In this document: in pieces, positions 19,621-29,114 of the stretch
Position numbering within the stretch: the first letter of the stretch is position 1
Layout: every line of letters begins with the position of its first letter
NCBI GenBank assembly: GCA_030758355.1
Contig: JANREL010000158.1
Span: forward strand, 1-53,965
From: Polaribacter sp.
Lineage (GTDB): Bacteria; Bacteroidota; Bacteroidia; Flavobacteriales; Flavobacteriaceae
Length of the DNA stretch: 53,965 bases
Direction of reading: 5' to 3'
Translations under genes and position numbers: made by a program
Notes under the pieces: generated by a model
Seen by the model: only the letters and a program-made list of their open reading frames with translations
Databases searched by the model: none
Told to the model about the DNA's origin: nothing

Positions 19621-20450
19621 GAAGCTGTGATTTCTAATAAACGCAAACTTTGTGTTATTTTTTCCGAGAAAACTGTATTAAAGTTTTTCTTTTTATATTG
19701 TGTAACTGGCTGAATTCCGATTACTGCATTTGTGATAAAAACCTCATCCGCTTTTTGAATTTCAAATGGCGAAATAGTAGTTTCTTCAATAGAATATTCA
19801 GGATTTTTCTGAATAATTTCAATTACTTTTTTACGAATAATTCCTTTGATACATCCTTCTGTTAAAGAGGGTGTTTTTACAGTTTTATCTATTAGAATAA
19901 AAATATTTCCATTAGCAACCTCGACAACTCCTTTATTTTCATTAATTAAAACACAATTGTCTAAATTATTATCTTTAGCAAAAATACTCGCAAGCGTATT
20001 GAGCATTCTGTTCGTTGTTTTCACATTGGATAGTAATCCAGAATAATTATAAAAATCTTTATAAACGTCTATAGCATATTCTCTTTTTATTTCATGATTT
20101 AATGGAGTAGCTTCAATTAAAAAGTCAATTTCATTTGTTTCTGGGGTATAAAAACCACCATCTTTTCGGCAAATTGTTAAACGAACCCTATAAAAAGCAG
20201 CATCATTTTGAGTTGCAACTGTTTTTAAAATCTCTTGTTCTAAAAATTCTAATGTAAATGACATCGGAATTCTCATACGCAACATACGCATGGAAGCCAT
20301 CAATCTGAAATAATGATCTTCCCAAAAAATAACTTTTGTTTTGGTGGTTTTGATAGTTTCAAAAAGTCCATCTCCATATTTAAAAGCCCTATTATTTGCA
20401 GATAACAATGCCTCTTTTTCATTCAATAATTCACCATTATAATTCAACAT
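19617..20450 (-). CDS. Class IV PLP aminotransferase (PabC/IlvE-like)
   Basis: YGDGLFET, HYFRL, VKT, GCIKGIIR, ADEVFITNA. Confidence 0.88.
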   Translation of the reverse strand: MLNYNGELLNEKEALLSANNRAFKYGDGLFETIKTTKTKVIFWEDHYFRLMASMRMLRMRIPMSFTLEFLEQEILKTVATQNDAAFYRVRLTICRKDGGFYTPETNEIDFLIEATPLNHEIKREYAIDVYKDFYNYSGLLSNVKTTNRMLNTLASIFAKDNNLDNCVLINENKGVVEVANGNIFILIDKTVKTPSLTEGCIKGIIRKKVIEIIQKNPEYSIEETTISPFEIQKADEVFITNAVIGIQPVTQYKKKNFNTVFSEKITQSLRLLEITAS

Positions 20451-20499
20451 TCCATATATTTTAAGAATACAAATTTACTGCATTTTAAAAGAATTAAAT

Positions 20500-20526
20500 A
20501 AAAAAAACTCAGCAAATGCTGAGTTT
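20500..20526 (-). terminator. Intrinsic terminator of the START-like gene
   Basis: aaactcagc-aaat-gctgagttt; the A run gives a U tract on the minus strand. Confidence 0.75.
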
Positions 20527-20550
20527 AAAATACATTGATGATTAAATTTA

Positions 20551-20934
20551 TTATGCCCCAATAACATGCTTTAATTCTTCTATTTGATTCTCCCACAATT
20601 GTTTAGCTTCTTCAATTTCGTCTTCATCATCAACAAAATCAGTAACCACTAATGAAACATCATTCGTTAAAGAATGTACCTGAATTTTAATTTCAAAATA
20701 GCTATCATCATCTTCGCTTTCCAACCATTTGAATCGGACTCTTTCATCCGATTTTTTCAAAACAAGTTCTGCTTGTTCTTCAACTCCATCCCAAATAAAA
20801 CTAAAAATTTTCCCTCTTGAATTTACTTTTTCAGCAAACCATTCTTGCAAGGCTGAGGGTGTTGAAATGTATTGATACAACATGCTTGGTGACGCATGAA
20901 TTGGCAGTTCTAATTCGAATTTTATTTTATTCAT
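20551..20934 (-). CDS. START-like (SRPBCC) domain protein
   Basis: ASPSMLYQYISTPSALQEWFA and LWENQI pattern. Confidence 0.82.
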   Translation of the reverse strand: MNKIKFELELPIHASPSMLYQYISTPSALQEWFAEKVNSRGKIFSFIWDGVEEQAELVLKKSDERVRFKWLESEDDDSYFEIKIQVHSLTNDVSLVVTDFVDDEDEIEEAKQLWENQIEELKHVIGA

Positions 20935-20997
20935 TTATTTGTGCTTTGTTGGACAAGATAGACAATATTTCTATTTTAAAAAAATTAAAATCACATA

Positions 20998-21027
20998 TTG
21001 CGTATCTATAAAATTGAGTTATATTTG
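20998..21027 (+). promoter_or_regulatory. tRNA promoter
   Basis: TTG (20998-21000), 19 nt, TATATTTG (21020-21027). Confidence 0.65.
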
Positions 21028-21043
21028 CAGCCTCAAAACTAAT

Positions 21044-21117
21044 GGCGAGGTAGCTCAGTTGGTTAGAGCGCAGGATTCATAACCCTGAGGTCACGGGTTC
21101 AACTCCCGTCTTCGCTA
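21044..21117 (+). tRNA. tRNA with CAT anticodon, most likely elongator tRNA-Met; CCA not encoded
   Basis: GGCGAGG/CTTCGCT acceptor stem, D arm AGCTCAGTTGGTTAGAGC, anticodon CAT at 21078-21080, GGTTCAACTCC T arm. Lacks the initiator C1:A72 mismatch and the three G-C anticodon pairs. Confidence 0.95.
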
Positions 21118-21118
21118 C

Positions 21119-21152
21119 AAAATCTCAAACTAATATTGTTTGAGATTTTTTT
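21119..21152 (+). terminator. Intrinsic terminator after the tRNA
   Basis: aaaatctcaaac-taatatt-gtttgagatttt plus T tract. Confidence 0.8.
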
Positions 21153-21223
21153 ATTTTTATGATAAATTCAGTTTTAAATTCAAAAAATTGATGCTGTAAT
21201 GATTTAGTTTATCATAAAAATAA
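21151..21223. repeat. 16-bp perfect inverted repeat with 41-nt spacer
   Basis: ttatttttatgataaa (21151-21166) and tttatcataaaaataa (21208-21223). Confidence 0.7.
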
Positions 21224-21337
21224 TTTAAAATTAAGAGTATATTTACATTTAAAATCAGTTTGATGAATAGAATTCAAAACAATAGTTGGCTTGATATTAA
21301 AAATAGTAAATAACTTTTTTTTACAAATTATTTCAGA

Positions 21338-22891
21338 ATGATTCAAGAAATTCAGCTTCGAGTAAATTTGATTGAAGAACGCAAAGAGGACATTCTTTTG
21401 TACAAAAGTGCTGTAGCTCTAGGAATTGAAAAAAATGAAATTTCTGCAGTAAAAGTGCTAAGAAAATCGATTGATGCTCGGAAAAAAGAAATTTTTTTCA
21501 ACTATAAAGTAGCTGTTTATATCAAAGAAAACCCTGAAAACTCCTCTTATATTTTTGATTATAATGATGTTTCTAAAACCAAAGAAATTCATATTATTGG
21601 TTTTGGACCTGCAGGAATGTTTGCAGCTTTACGTTGTATAGAATTAGGTTTCAAGCCAATTGTTTTAGAACGTGGAAAAAAAGTTCAAGAAAGACGAAGA
21701 GATATCAAAGCAATTAATCAGGATCATATTGTTGGTGAAAATTCAAATTACTGTTTTGGAGAAGGCGGTGCAGGAACCTATTCTGACGGAAAATTATATA
21801 CTAGAAGTTTAAAACGTGGAGATGTCAGAAGAATTTTTGAAAACTTAGTCTTTCATGGAGCTACAGAGCAAATTTTGATTGATGCTCATCCTCATATTGG
21901 CACTAATAAATTACCTAAAATTGTGGAGAATATCCGAGAAACAATTTTAAATTTTGGTGGAGAAATTCATTTTGATACTAGAGTTACAGATTTTGTCATC
22001 AAAAACAATGAAATCAAAGCAATTCAATTGCATAATGGTAATGAAATGACAGTTAATGCTGTTATTTTGGCGACAGGACATTCTGCCAGAGATATCTATG
22101 AATTATTGCATAAAAAAGAGATTACTCTCAAAGCAAAGTCATTTGCTATGGGCGTTCGTGTCGAACATCCACAAGAGATTATCGACCAAATTCAGTATCA
22201 TTGCAAAGGAGAAAGAGATGAATTACTACCTGCTGCAGCATATAGTTTGGTGCATCAAATCAATGAAAGAGGTGTATATTCTTTCTGCATGTGTCCAGGA
22301 GGATTTATTGTCCCAGCAGCAACTACTGAAGGTGAAATTGTAGTCAATGGAATGTCGCCAAGCAAACGAAATAATAAATTTGCAAATTCAGGAATTGTGG
22401 TTGAAATTGATGCTGAGAGAGACTTACGCAAGTATGAAAAATTTGGTGCATTGAAAGGATTGGAATATCAAAAAGATTTAGAAAAAATCGCATTTTTAGC
22501 TGGAGGGAGAACACAAACTGCTCCTGCTCAGAGATTGGTTGATTTTGTTGAAGGAAAATTATCAACCAATTTAAATGACTGTTCTTATCAACCAGGATTG
22601 AAATCCGCACCATTACATTCTTTATTGCCAAAAAATATTGGGAGTAGATTGCGAAAAGGATTTGATACTTTTGGAAAAAAAATGCATGGCTACTATACTA
22701 ATGAAGCAAATATTGTTGGTGTAGAGTCAAGAACATCATCTCCTGTAAATATTCCAAGAAAGGAAGATTTAGAACACCCACAAATCAAAGGTCTATTTCC
22801 TTGTGGCGAGGGTGGTGGCTATGCAGGAGGTATTGTTTCAGCAGCAATGGATGGAGAACGTTGTGCAGAAGCAGCCATTTCAAAAATCTAA
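21338..22891 (+). CDS. Uncharacterised NAD(P)/FAD-dependent oxidoreductase
   Basis: IIGFGPAG Rossmann motif, GEGGAGTYSDGKL, FCMCPGG, GEGGGYAGGIVSAA. Confidence 0.88.
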   Translation: MIQEIQLRVNLIEERKEDILLYKSAVALGIEKNEISAVKVLRKSIDARKKEIFFNYKVAVYIKENPENSSYIFDYNDVSKTKEIHIIGFGPAGMFAALRCIELGFKPIVLERGKKVQERRRDIKAINQDHIVGENSNYCFGEGGAGTYSDGKLYTRSLKRGDVRRIFENLVFHGATEQILIDAHPHIGTNKLPKIVENIRETILNFGGEIHFDTRVTDFVIKNNEIKAIQLHNGNEMTVNAVILATGHSARDIYELLHKKEITLKAKSFAMGVRVEHPQEIIDQIQYHCKGERDELLPAAAYSLVHQINERGVYSFCMCPGGFIVPAATTEGEIVVNGMSPSKRNNKFANSGIVVEIDAERDLRKYEKFGALKGLEYQKDLEKIAFLAGGRTQTAPAQRLVDFVEGKLSTNLNDCSYQPGLKSAPLHSLLPKNIGSRLRKGFDTFGKKMHGYYTNEANIVGVESRTSSPVNIPRKEDLEHPQIKGLFPCGEGGGYAGGIVSAAMDGERCAEAAISKI

Positions 22892-22950
22892 TTCTTTTTT
22901 TTTAATAAATCAATAAGTCTCTGTAAATTTACAAGAATTCATTTCATTCC

Positions 22951-23394
22951 ATGAAAATAACTATTGGCCGTTTTGATAAAGCTGATTTTAAAGAGTTTTT
23001 ACTCTTTGATATTGATGTAAAAATAGATTCTGGAGCTTACACTTCCTCTATTCATTGCTCTAATATTGAAGAAGTTGTTATTGATAATGAAAATTATATT
23101 AGATTTACACTATTGGATCCACAACATCCCTTGTATAATAACAAGTCATACAAAACAAAAAATTATACTTTAAAATTGGTAAAAAGTTCGAATGGAATTA
23201 GTCAAAAAAGATATTTAATTCAGACTGAAATTTTTATATTTAACACTTCTTTTCCAATTCATTTAACATTGAGTGAACGAAAAGACATGAAATTTCCAGT
23301 TTTATTGGGTAGAAAATTTTTAAACAAACGTTTTGTGATTGATACTTCAAGAACAAATATTTCTCACAAACAAAAAAATAATAACCATATATGA
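22951..23394 (+). CDS. RimK-associated retropepsin-like protease (RimB / 'ATP-dependent Zn protease' family)
   Basis: [13 protein letters not shown] and [10 protein letters not shown]; overlaps the rimK start by ATGA. Confidence 0.85.
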   Translation: MKITIGRFDKADFKEFLLFDIDVKIDSGAYTSSIHCSNIEEVVIDNENYIRFTLLDPQHPLYNNKSYKTKNYTLKLVKSSNGISQKRYLIQTEIFIFNTSFPIHLTLSERKDMKFPVLLGRKFLNKRFVIDTSRTNISHKQKNNNHI

Positions 23395-24266
23395 GAATAG
23401 TCATATTATCAAGAAATCCAAAATTGTATTCTACTCGAAGATTGGTTGAAGCTGCCGAAAAAAGGAAACATGAAGTGATTGTTGTTGATCACTTAAAATG
23501 CAATATTGAGATTGAAAGAAAAGCACCTAAAATATTTTACAAAGGCGAATATTTAGAAAATATTGATGCTATAATTCCAAGAATTGGTGCATCAGTTACT
23601 TTTTATGGAACTGCTGTTGTACGTCAATTCGAAATGATGAAAGTAGTAACCTGCGTTTCTTCGCAAGCATTAACACGTTCTAGAGACAAACTAAGTAGTC
23701 TGCAAATTTTAGCTAGAGCCGGAGTCGGCTTACCAAAAACAGTATTCACCAATTACACAAAAGATGTATCACATTTGGTAAAATCTGTCGGGGGTGCTCC
23801 TTTGGTTTTAAAATTATTAGAGGGTACTCAAGGTTTGGGAGTCGTTTTAGCAGAAACTAAAAACGCAGCAACTTCCGTTTTAGAAGCATTTAATGGTTTG
23901 GGAGCAAGAGTAATTGCACAAGAATTTGTAAAAGAAGCTGGTGGTGCAGATATTAGAGCTTTTGTAGTAGATGGAAAAGTTGTTGGCGCAATGAAAAGAC
24001 AAGGAAAAGAAGGAGAATTTCGATCAAATTTACACAGAGGTGGAAATGCCACAGTAATTGAATTGACAGATGAAGAAGAAAAAACTGCCTTGAAAGCTGT
24101 AAAAGCAATGGGATTAGGTGTTGCAGGAGTTGATATGTTACAATCGTCTAAAGGTCCTTTGGTTTTAGAAGTAAATTCATCACCAGGATTGGAAGGTATT
24201 GAACGAGTAACAGGAAAAAATATTGCTAAGGAAATTATCAGATATTTAGAAATACATGTCGAGTAA
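23391..24266 (+). CDS. rimK: ATP-grasp alpha-L-glutamate ligase RimK
   Basis: [41 protein letters not shown]. Confidence 0.95.
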   Translation: MRIVILSRNPKLYSTRRLVEAAEKRKHEVIVVDHLKCNIEIERKAPKIFYKGEYLENIDAIIPRIGASVTFYGTAVVRQFEMMKVVTCVSSQALTRSRDKLSSLQILARAGVGLPKTVFTNYTKDVSHLVKSVGGAPLVLKLLEGTQGLGVVLAETKNAATSVLEAFNGLGARVIAQEFVKEAGGADIRAFVVDGKVVGAMKRQGKEGEFRSNLHRGGNATVIELTDEEEKTALKAVKAMGLGVAGVDMLQSSKGPLVLEVNSSPGLEGIERVTGKNIAKEIIRYLEIHVE

Positions 24267-25215
24267 ACCATTGGTACTTTTAGGCAAAGAAATTCCGAGA
24301 GGAAGTAGTGTTTTGCTCGATTTAGAGGTAGCCAAATTGCACACACGAACCACCGTAAAAGTTCCTGTAATTGTAAATCGCGCAAAAAAAAGCGGTCCTG
24401 TTGTCCTATTATTAGCAGGTTTGCATGGAGATGAAGTAAATGGAGTTGCCATTATAAGAGAGATTATTGCTCAAAAAATAAATAAACCCACCAAAGGAAC
24501 AATTATTTGTATTCCTGTTTTTAATATTTTTGGATACCTTATTCAGACACGCGAATTTCCTGACGGAAGAGATTTAAACCGAGTTTTTCCTGGTTCTCCA
24601 AACGGATCTTTAGCAAGCCAATTTGCTTATCAATTTATTGAAAATATTGCTCCTTATGTAGATTATGTAATTGATTTTCATACAGGTGGCGGTGATAAAG
24701 AAAATATGGCACAAATTCGTTGTCATGAAAATGAAGTTGAAACTATGAAATTGGCTGAAATTTTCAATCCACCTTACATCATTCATTCTGATTATATAGC
24801 AAAATCTCTGCGTGAAACTTTGAACAAAATGAGTAAAACAGTCTTGTTGTTTGAAGGTGGGAAATCTAAAAATTTTGATCCAAAAATCATTTCTCATGGT
24901 GTGAGAGGAACAAAAAATATCTTAACACATTTGGGTTTAATTGATGGAGCAATTGAAAAAACTGTAGAACCTATTCATCTAAAAAAAACGAAATGGTTGA
25001 GAGCACCTTTTTCTGGGATGTTTAAACTAAATGTAAAAAATGGAACTTTTGTTAAAAAGAAAGAGGTTTTAGCAGTTATTTTAGATCCCTTTGGGGATTT
25101 TAAAAAGAAGGTATATGCACCTTTTGATGGGCATATATTTTGCATCAATAAAACGCCAATCGTGAATAAAGGAGATGCTTTATTTCATATTAGTAACGAG
25201 CATGAAATTGAATAA
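24256..25215 (+). CDS. Succinylglutamate desuccinylase/aspartoacylase family Zn hydrolase
   Basis: [28 protein letters not shown] and a C-terminal biotinyl-like domain. Confidence 0.9.
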   Translation: MSSKPLVLLGKEIPRGSSVLLDLEVAKLHTRTTVKVPVIVNRAKKSGPVVLLLAGLHGDEVNGVAIIREIIAQKINKPTKGTIICIPVFNIFGYLIQTREFPDGRDLNRVFPGSPNGSLASQFAYQFIENIAPYVDYVIDFHTGGGDKENMAQIRCHENEVETMKLAEIFNPPYIIHSDYIAKSLRETLNKMSKTVLLFEGGKSKNFDPKIISHGVRGTKNILTHLGLIDGAIEKTVEPIHLKKTKWLRAPFSGMFKLNVKNGTFVKKKEVLAVILDPFGDFKKKVYAPFDGHIFCINKTPIVNKGDALFHISNEHEIE

Positions 25216-25252
25216 AAATAATTTTTAAATTCTAAACAAAAAATATATTTAA

Positions 25253-25717
25253 ATGAAAACTGCCCAAGAATATTTTGAAGAATATGCCATCAGTCATCAA
25301 AACAAAACGAATATTGCCATTCATTATATTTGTGTCCCACTAATTTTTTTCAGTGTGATTGGCTTATTGATGAGTATTCCAACGATTTTTTTAGAAAATT
25401 TATTCGGATTGCACAATCCACTGTTAGAAAATTGGGCAATCGTAATTGGAGCATTGATATCAATTTTCTATTTGCGATTGGGTTTTTGGTATTTCGCACA
25501 AATGCTATTTGTCATCTTACTGTGTATAGTGCTTAATTTTTGGTTGAGCAATGTTACAAACTTGTTGTATGCCTCTTTGTCAATCTTTATCATTGCTTGG
25601 ATTGGACAATTTTACGGCCATAAAGTAGAAGGTGCAAAACCTTCTTTTTTAAAAGATTTGCAATTTTTATTGATTGGGCCATTATGGGTGATTCAAAAAA
25701 TAGGAAAGAAAAAATAA
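25253..25717 (+). CDS. DUF962 / Mpo1-like membrane protein
   Basis: Y..SHQNKTNIAIHYICVP and WIGQFYGHKVEGAKPSF. Confidence 0.88.
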   Translation: MKTAQEYFEEYAISHQNKTNIAIHYICVPLIFFSVIGLLMSIPTIFLENLFGLHNPLLENWAIVIGALISIFYLRLGFWYFAQMLFVILLCIVLNFWLSNVTNLLYASLSIFIIAWIGQFYGHKVEGAKPSFLKDLQFLLIGPLWVIQKIGKKK

Positions 25718-25720
25718 ACT

Positions 25721-26059
25721 ATGAAAGAAACCATTTCTTTCGAAGATTTTGAAAAAATTGATATCCGAATGGGAACAATTATCGAAGTCAACGATTTTCC
25801 AAAAGCCAAAAAACCTGCGTATCAATTGACAATTGATTTTGGGGATTTAGGCATTAAAAAATCAAGTGCACAAATCACGCATTTATATTCAAAAGAATCA
25901 TTATTGAACAGACAAATCATTGGGATTGTAAATTTTAAACCAAGACAAATTGCCAATTTCATCAGTGAAGTATTGGTTTTAGGCGTTTATAATGAATCTG
26001 GAAATGTAATTTTGTTGAAAGCTTCTAAACCCATAAAAAATGGAGCATCAGTAAGCTAA
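25721..26059 (+). CDS. csaA: CsaA-like tRNA-binding OB-fold protein
   Basis: FEDFEKIDIRMGTI, KKSSAQIT, VNFKPRQIA, SEVLVLG. Confidence 0.85.
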   Translation: MKETISFEDFEKIDIRMGTIIEVNDFPKAKKPAYQLTIDFGDLGIKKSSAQITHLYSKESLLNRQIIGIVNFKPRQIANFISEVLVLGVYNESGNVILLKASKPIKNGASVS

Positions 26060-26087
26060 CTTTAAATTTTGATTATTGAATTTTGAA

Positions 26088-26246
26088 TTATTTCTTTGGG
26101 TTATTTAAAATAATTAAAGCTCCAATAATTCCAGGAATCCAACCACACAATGTCAATAAAAAAATGATGAAGAACGAGCCACAACCTTTATCTATGACTG
26201 AAAATGGTGGAAATACAATTGCAAGTAATACGCGTAAAAAACTCAT
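26088..26246 (-). CDS. YqaE/Pmp3 family small membrane protein (52 aa; not in ORF track)
   Basis: Own translation: MSFLRVLLAIVFPPFSVIDKGCGSFFIIFLLTLCGWIPGIIGALIILNNPKK, with the LAI.FPP..V and LTL.GWIPG Pmp3 signature. Confidence 0.9.
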   Translation of the reverse strand: MSFLRVLLAIVFPPFSVIDKGCGSFFIIFLLTLCGWIPGIIGALIILNNPKK

Positions 26247-26368
26247 AATTTAAAATTAGTTAGTTCACTTTTAAACGATTCACTTCCAAATTTGCTACAA
26301 TTAACGATTCTTGCCGATAATTCATACCCAAAAAATTTGAATTCTAAATACTGGATATTGAACTAAAA

Positions 26369-28864
26369 TCACATTTCACTTCCAAAAAATACAGCATTCA
26401 TTAACAATTTGTTAGTACCAAACCAAAAACCCCTAAAATTGGTATTATCTGTAAAAATCAATACTTTTCCCAAACCCAATCTTTGCGCTTTAAACGGAAT
26501 TGTATTTGGAATTACTTTCGCATTTTCTTTAGAAATATATCCATTCAATAACGGATTTGAAGTGTATTGAATTGGATTATTGTAACTTACTTTATCTGGT
26601 TTAATAAACAAGGTTGAATTTCTAAATAAAGCTATTTTATCATTTTTATACCCAAAATTTATAGGATGTGAACGATCCACTTTAGCTTCAAATATAGCCC
26701 CTCCAATAACTTGAGCTCCTGATTGTAAAGAACGATTTTCAAAAGAAACATTTTTAATAGAATCTCTTTTGGGAACCTCAAATTCAAGATTGATAAATTT
26801 AGAATTTGCCATCCATTTTGCCGTATTTTTATAACCAATAATAATTCCTCCATTTACCACCCATGTTTTCAATTTCTCTTCTTCGGATTTTCCAATATTT
26901 GAGCTATTCGGAATGATAATATGGGTATATTTTGAAATATCTATTCTTGAAAAATAATTCAAATCCAAACGAGTCAACGTCATATCAAATCGTTGGTCAA
27001 ACAAATGCCAAATTTCACCAGAATCATTTCCTGAAATGGCATCTCCCACCAACATTGCCACTTTTGGAGTTTTAATTGCTGCAAAGTTATCACTACCCAA
27101 ATCTATTCCTTCATTCAAACCAGTTGAAACAGCATAGATATCAATGGCACTTTCTGAAGCAATTTCACTCAAAAATTGAAATAATTCTAATGAACTCAAC
27201 ACTTGATTTTGAACTGGAATAAAAATGGTTCCATAATCATAATTGCTAGTTTGATTTGTGAAATTTTTCATAGCAACTTTCGCTCGCAATCCTTTTTGCA
27301 AAATCGAATTCAATGCTTTTGGCGCATAAAACTCATTCCAAGGCATTAAATATCCGTAATCACTTTGTTTTGAAACAATTGCTTTTCTCAAACTCAAATC
27401 ATTAATTTCTTTGCCTGCTCTAGAAAGTGGCACATTTTCAGCAAAATCAACGCCAAAAGCATGATTGAAAGACCAAGCAGAAATGTCATAAAATAAGCTA
27501 TCCTTAAAAGTTGTTTGTACCGTAAACATCGCTTTTAATAAGCGATGATTTTTTTGATTCATTGGGACAACATAACTGTATCCCTTTTTGAAATTTTTCC
27601 CATTCTGACTAAAATCCGAGTCAACTTCGTGAATTTTTATTTGTTGTTTTTTCAAAACTTCTGCCAAATGAAATGTTTTTGCAGCATCTTTTTCATCCCC
27701 AAAAACAAGAGCTTTTTTCTCGAAGGTTTTTCTTGATTCAGCATAAAAATCTTGTTGATATTGTAAGATTTTTACACGTAATTTTTGAGCAGCTTCCAAC
27801 GTTGAAAACGCCGCAGTTACTTGATTCCGGATGGTAAAAGGAAAGGTCAAAATACCATTTTCAGTTTCTTGAGCATGACCTCTAGAGCTTGCTTGTTCAA
27901 ATAAAATCCCAATACTTCCATTGATATCTGGAAATGTGGAACCTTTTCCGTAATAAAAATCGTCAAAACTTTCTTCAGAATAGTATAAGGAACCTATTTT
28001 ATCAAAAGCTTTTGCATGGTAATTTCCTATTTCTCTGGTCAAATCTTGATTGATTTGAGGAGTCATTGGATGTGTTCGCGAGGGAATTCCTGGTTGAAAA
28101 AAGAAACTAGAATTACTCCCCATTTCATGATGATCCGTCAAAATATTGGGCAACCAATCATGAAAAGTTTTCAAACGTGCTTTACTTTCTGGCAATTGCA
28201 CAGGCAACCAATCTCTGTTCATATCAAATTGATAATGATTGGTTCTTCCTCCAGGCCAAACTTCACGATATTCTCTATCATTAGGATCTGGATTAATATT
28301 TTTATTTTTATTCGAATTCGCCCAATATGAAAAACGCTGCAACCCATCAGGATTGAAAGAAGGATCAAATAAAATGATGGTATTTTTCAATAATTCTATG
28401 GTTGCTCCGGTGTCAGAAGCTGCTAAATAATAGGCAATTGCAAGGGCTGCATTTGAACCACTTGCTTCATTTCCATGAATAGAAAATCCTTGATTCACCA
28501 CAATTGGATGATTGGAAATATCAATAGTAGCATCATTGGTAGCGGCACTATGATTTTGCTTGATTTTCTCTAAATTTTTATGATTTTCAGGCGAAGTAAT
28601 TGTCAATAAAATTAATGGTCTTCCTTCGAAAGTTTCCCCTCTGTCTTCAATAGAAATTCTATCAGAAACTTTCGCTAATACAGTCATATATTGTACTAAT
28701 TTATCGTGTGTAACATGCCACTCACCTACTTCATGACCAATAATATCTTTGGGTTTTGGAATAACATTATTGTATTTTTCAACTGGTAAATAGTAAGATA
28801 AATCTACTTTTTGAGAAAAGCTATAAACCGAAAAAAGTAAGAATAGTAGGGTGATTTTTTTCAT
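26369..28864 (-). CDS. Secreted M14 family zinc carboxypeptidase
   Basis: Signal peptide, SIHGNE, NPDG, NHYQFDMNRD, DHHE; -7 box TATATTTG on the minus strand at 28893-28900. Confidence 0.88.
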   Translation of the reverse strand: MKKITLLFLLFSVYSFSQKVDLSYYLPVEKYNNVIPKPKDIIGHEVGEWHVTHDKLVQYMTVLAKVSDRISIEDRGETFEGRPLILLTITSPENHKNLEKIKQNHSAATNDATIDISNHPIVVNQGFSIHGNEASGSNAALAIAYYLAASDTGATIELLKNTIILFDPSFNPDGLQRFSYWANSNKNKNINPDPNDREYREVWPGGRTNHYQFDMNRDWLPVQLPESKARLKTFHDWLPNILTDHHEMGSNSSFFFQPGIPSRTHPMTPQINQDLTREIGNYHAKAFDKIGSLYYSEESFDDFYYGKGSTFPDINGSIGILFEQASSRGHAQETENGILTFPFTIRNQVTAAFSTLEAAQKLRVKILQYQQDFYAESRKTFEKKALVFGDEKDAAKTFHLAEVLKKQQIKIHEVDSDFSQNGKNFKKGYSYVVPMNQKNHRLLKAMFTVQTTFKDSLFYDISAWSFNHAFGVDFAENVPLSRAGKEINDLSLRKAIVSKQSDYGYLMPWNEFYAPKALNSILQKGLRAKVAMKNFTNQTSNYDYGTIFIPVQNQVLSSLELFQFLSEIASESAIDIYAVSTGLNEGIDLGSDNFAAIKTPKVAMLVGDAISGNDSGEIWHLFDQRFDMTLTRLDLNYFSRIDISKYTHIIIPNSSNIGKSEEEKLKTWVVNGGIIIGYKNTAKWMANSKFINLEFEVPKRDSIKNVSFENRSLQSGAQVIGGAIFEAKVDRSHPINFGYKNDKIALFRNSTLFIKPDKVSYNNPIQYTSNPLLNGYISKENAKVIPNTIPFKAQRLGLGKVLIFTDNTNFRGFWFGTNKLLMNAVFFGSEM

Positions 28865-29114
28865 TAGAACTGAATTGATTTTGATATAAAAACAAATATA
28901 GGAATCTGAAAATGAATTGATATTTCTTTAACAATTCATTAAGAAGTTTTTTTGAGTAAAAGTTGATAATTATCCACTTTTTCCATTGATTTTAAAGTTA
29001 AAAAACCAATTACTAAGAAATCAATAAAAGTGACAAAACAAATAAGTCAATGATACTTTTTGCAAATATTATTCGGATATTTGTATATCCAAAAATCTAT
29101 TTTGTCTACACTCA

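Noticed and set aside
21157-21167. TTATGATAAAT resembling the XerD arm of a dif site
   Set aside because: No XerC-like arm at the 6-bp spacing; the upstream sequence is terminator and T run.
21044-21337. Possible integrative element at tRNA-Met
   Set aside because: No integrase, no duplicated tRNA 3' end seen, and flanking genes are ordinary.
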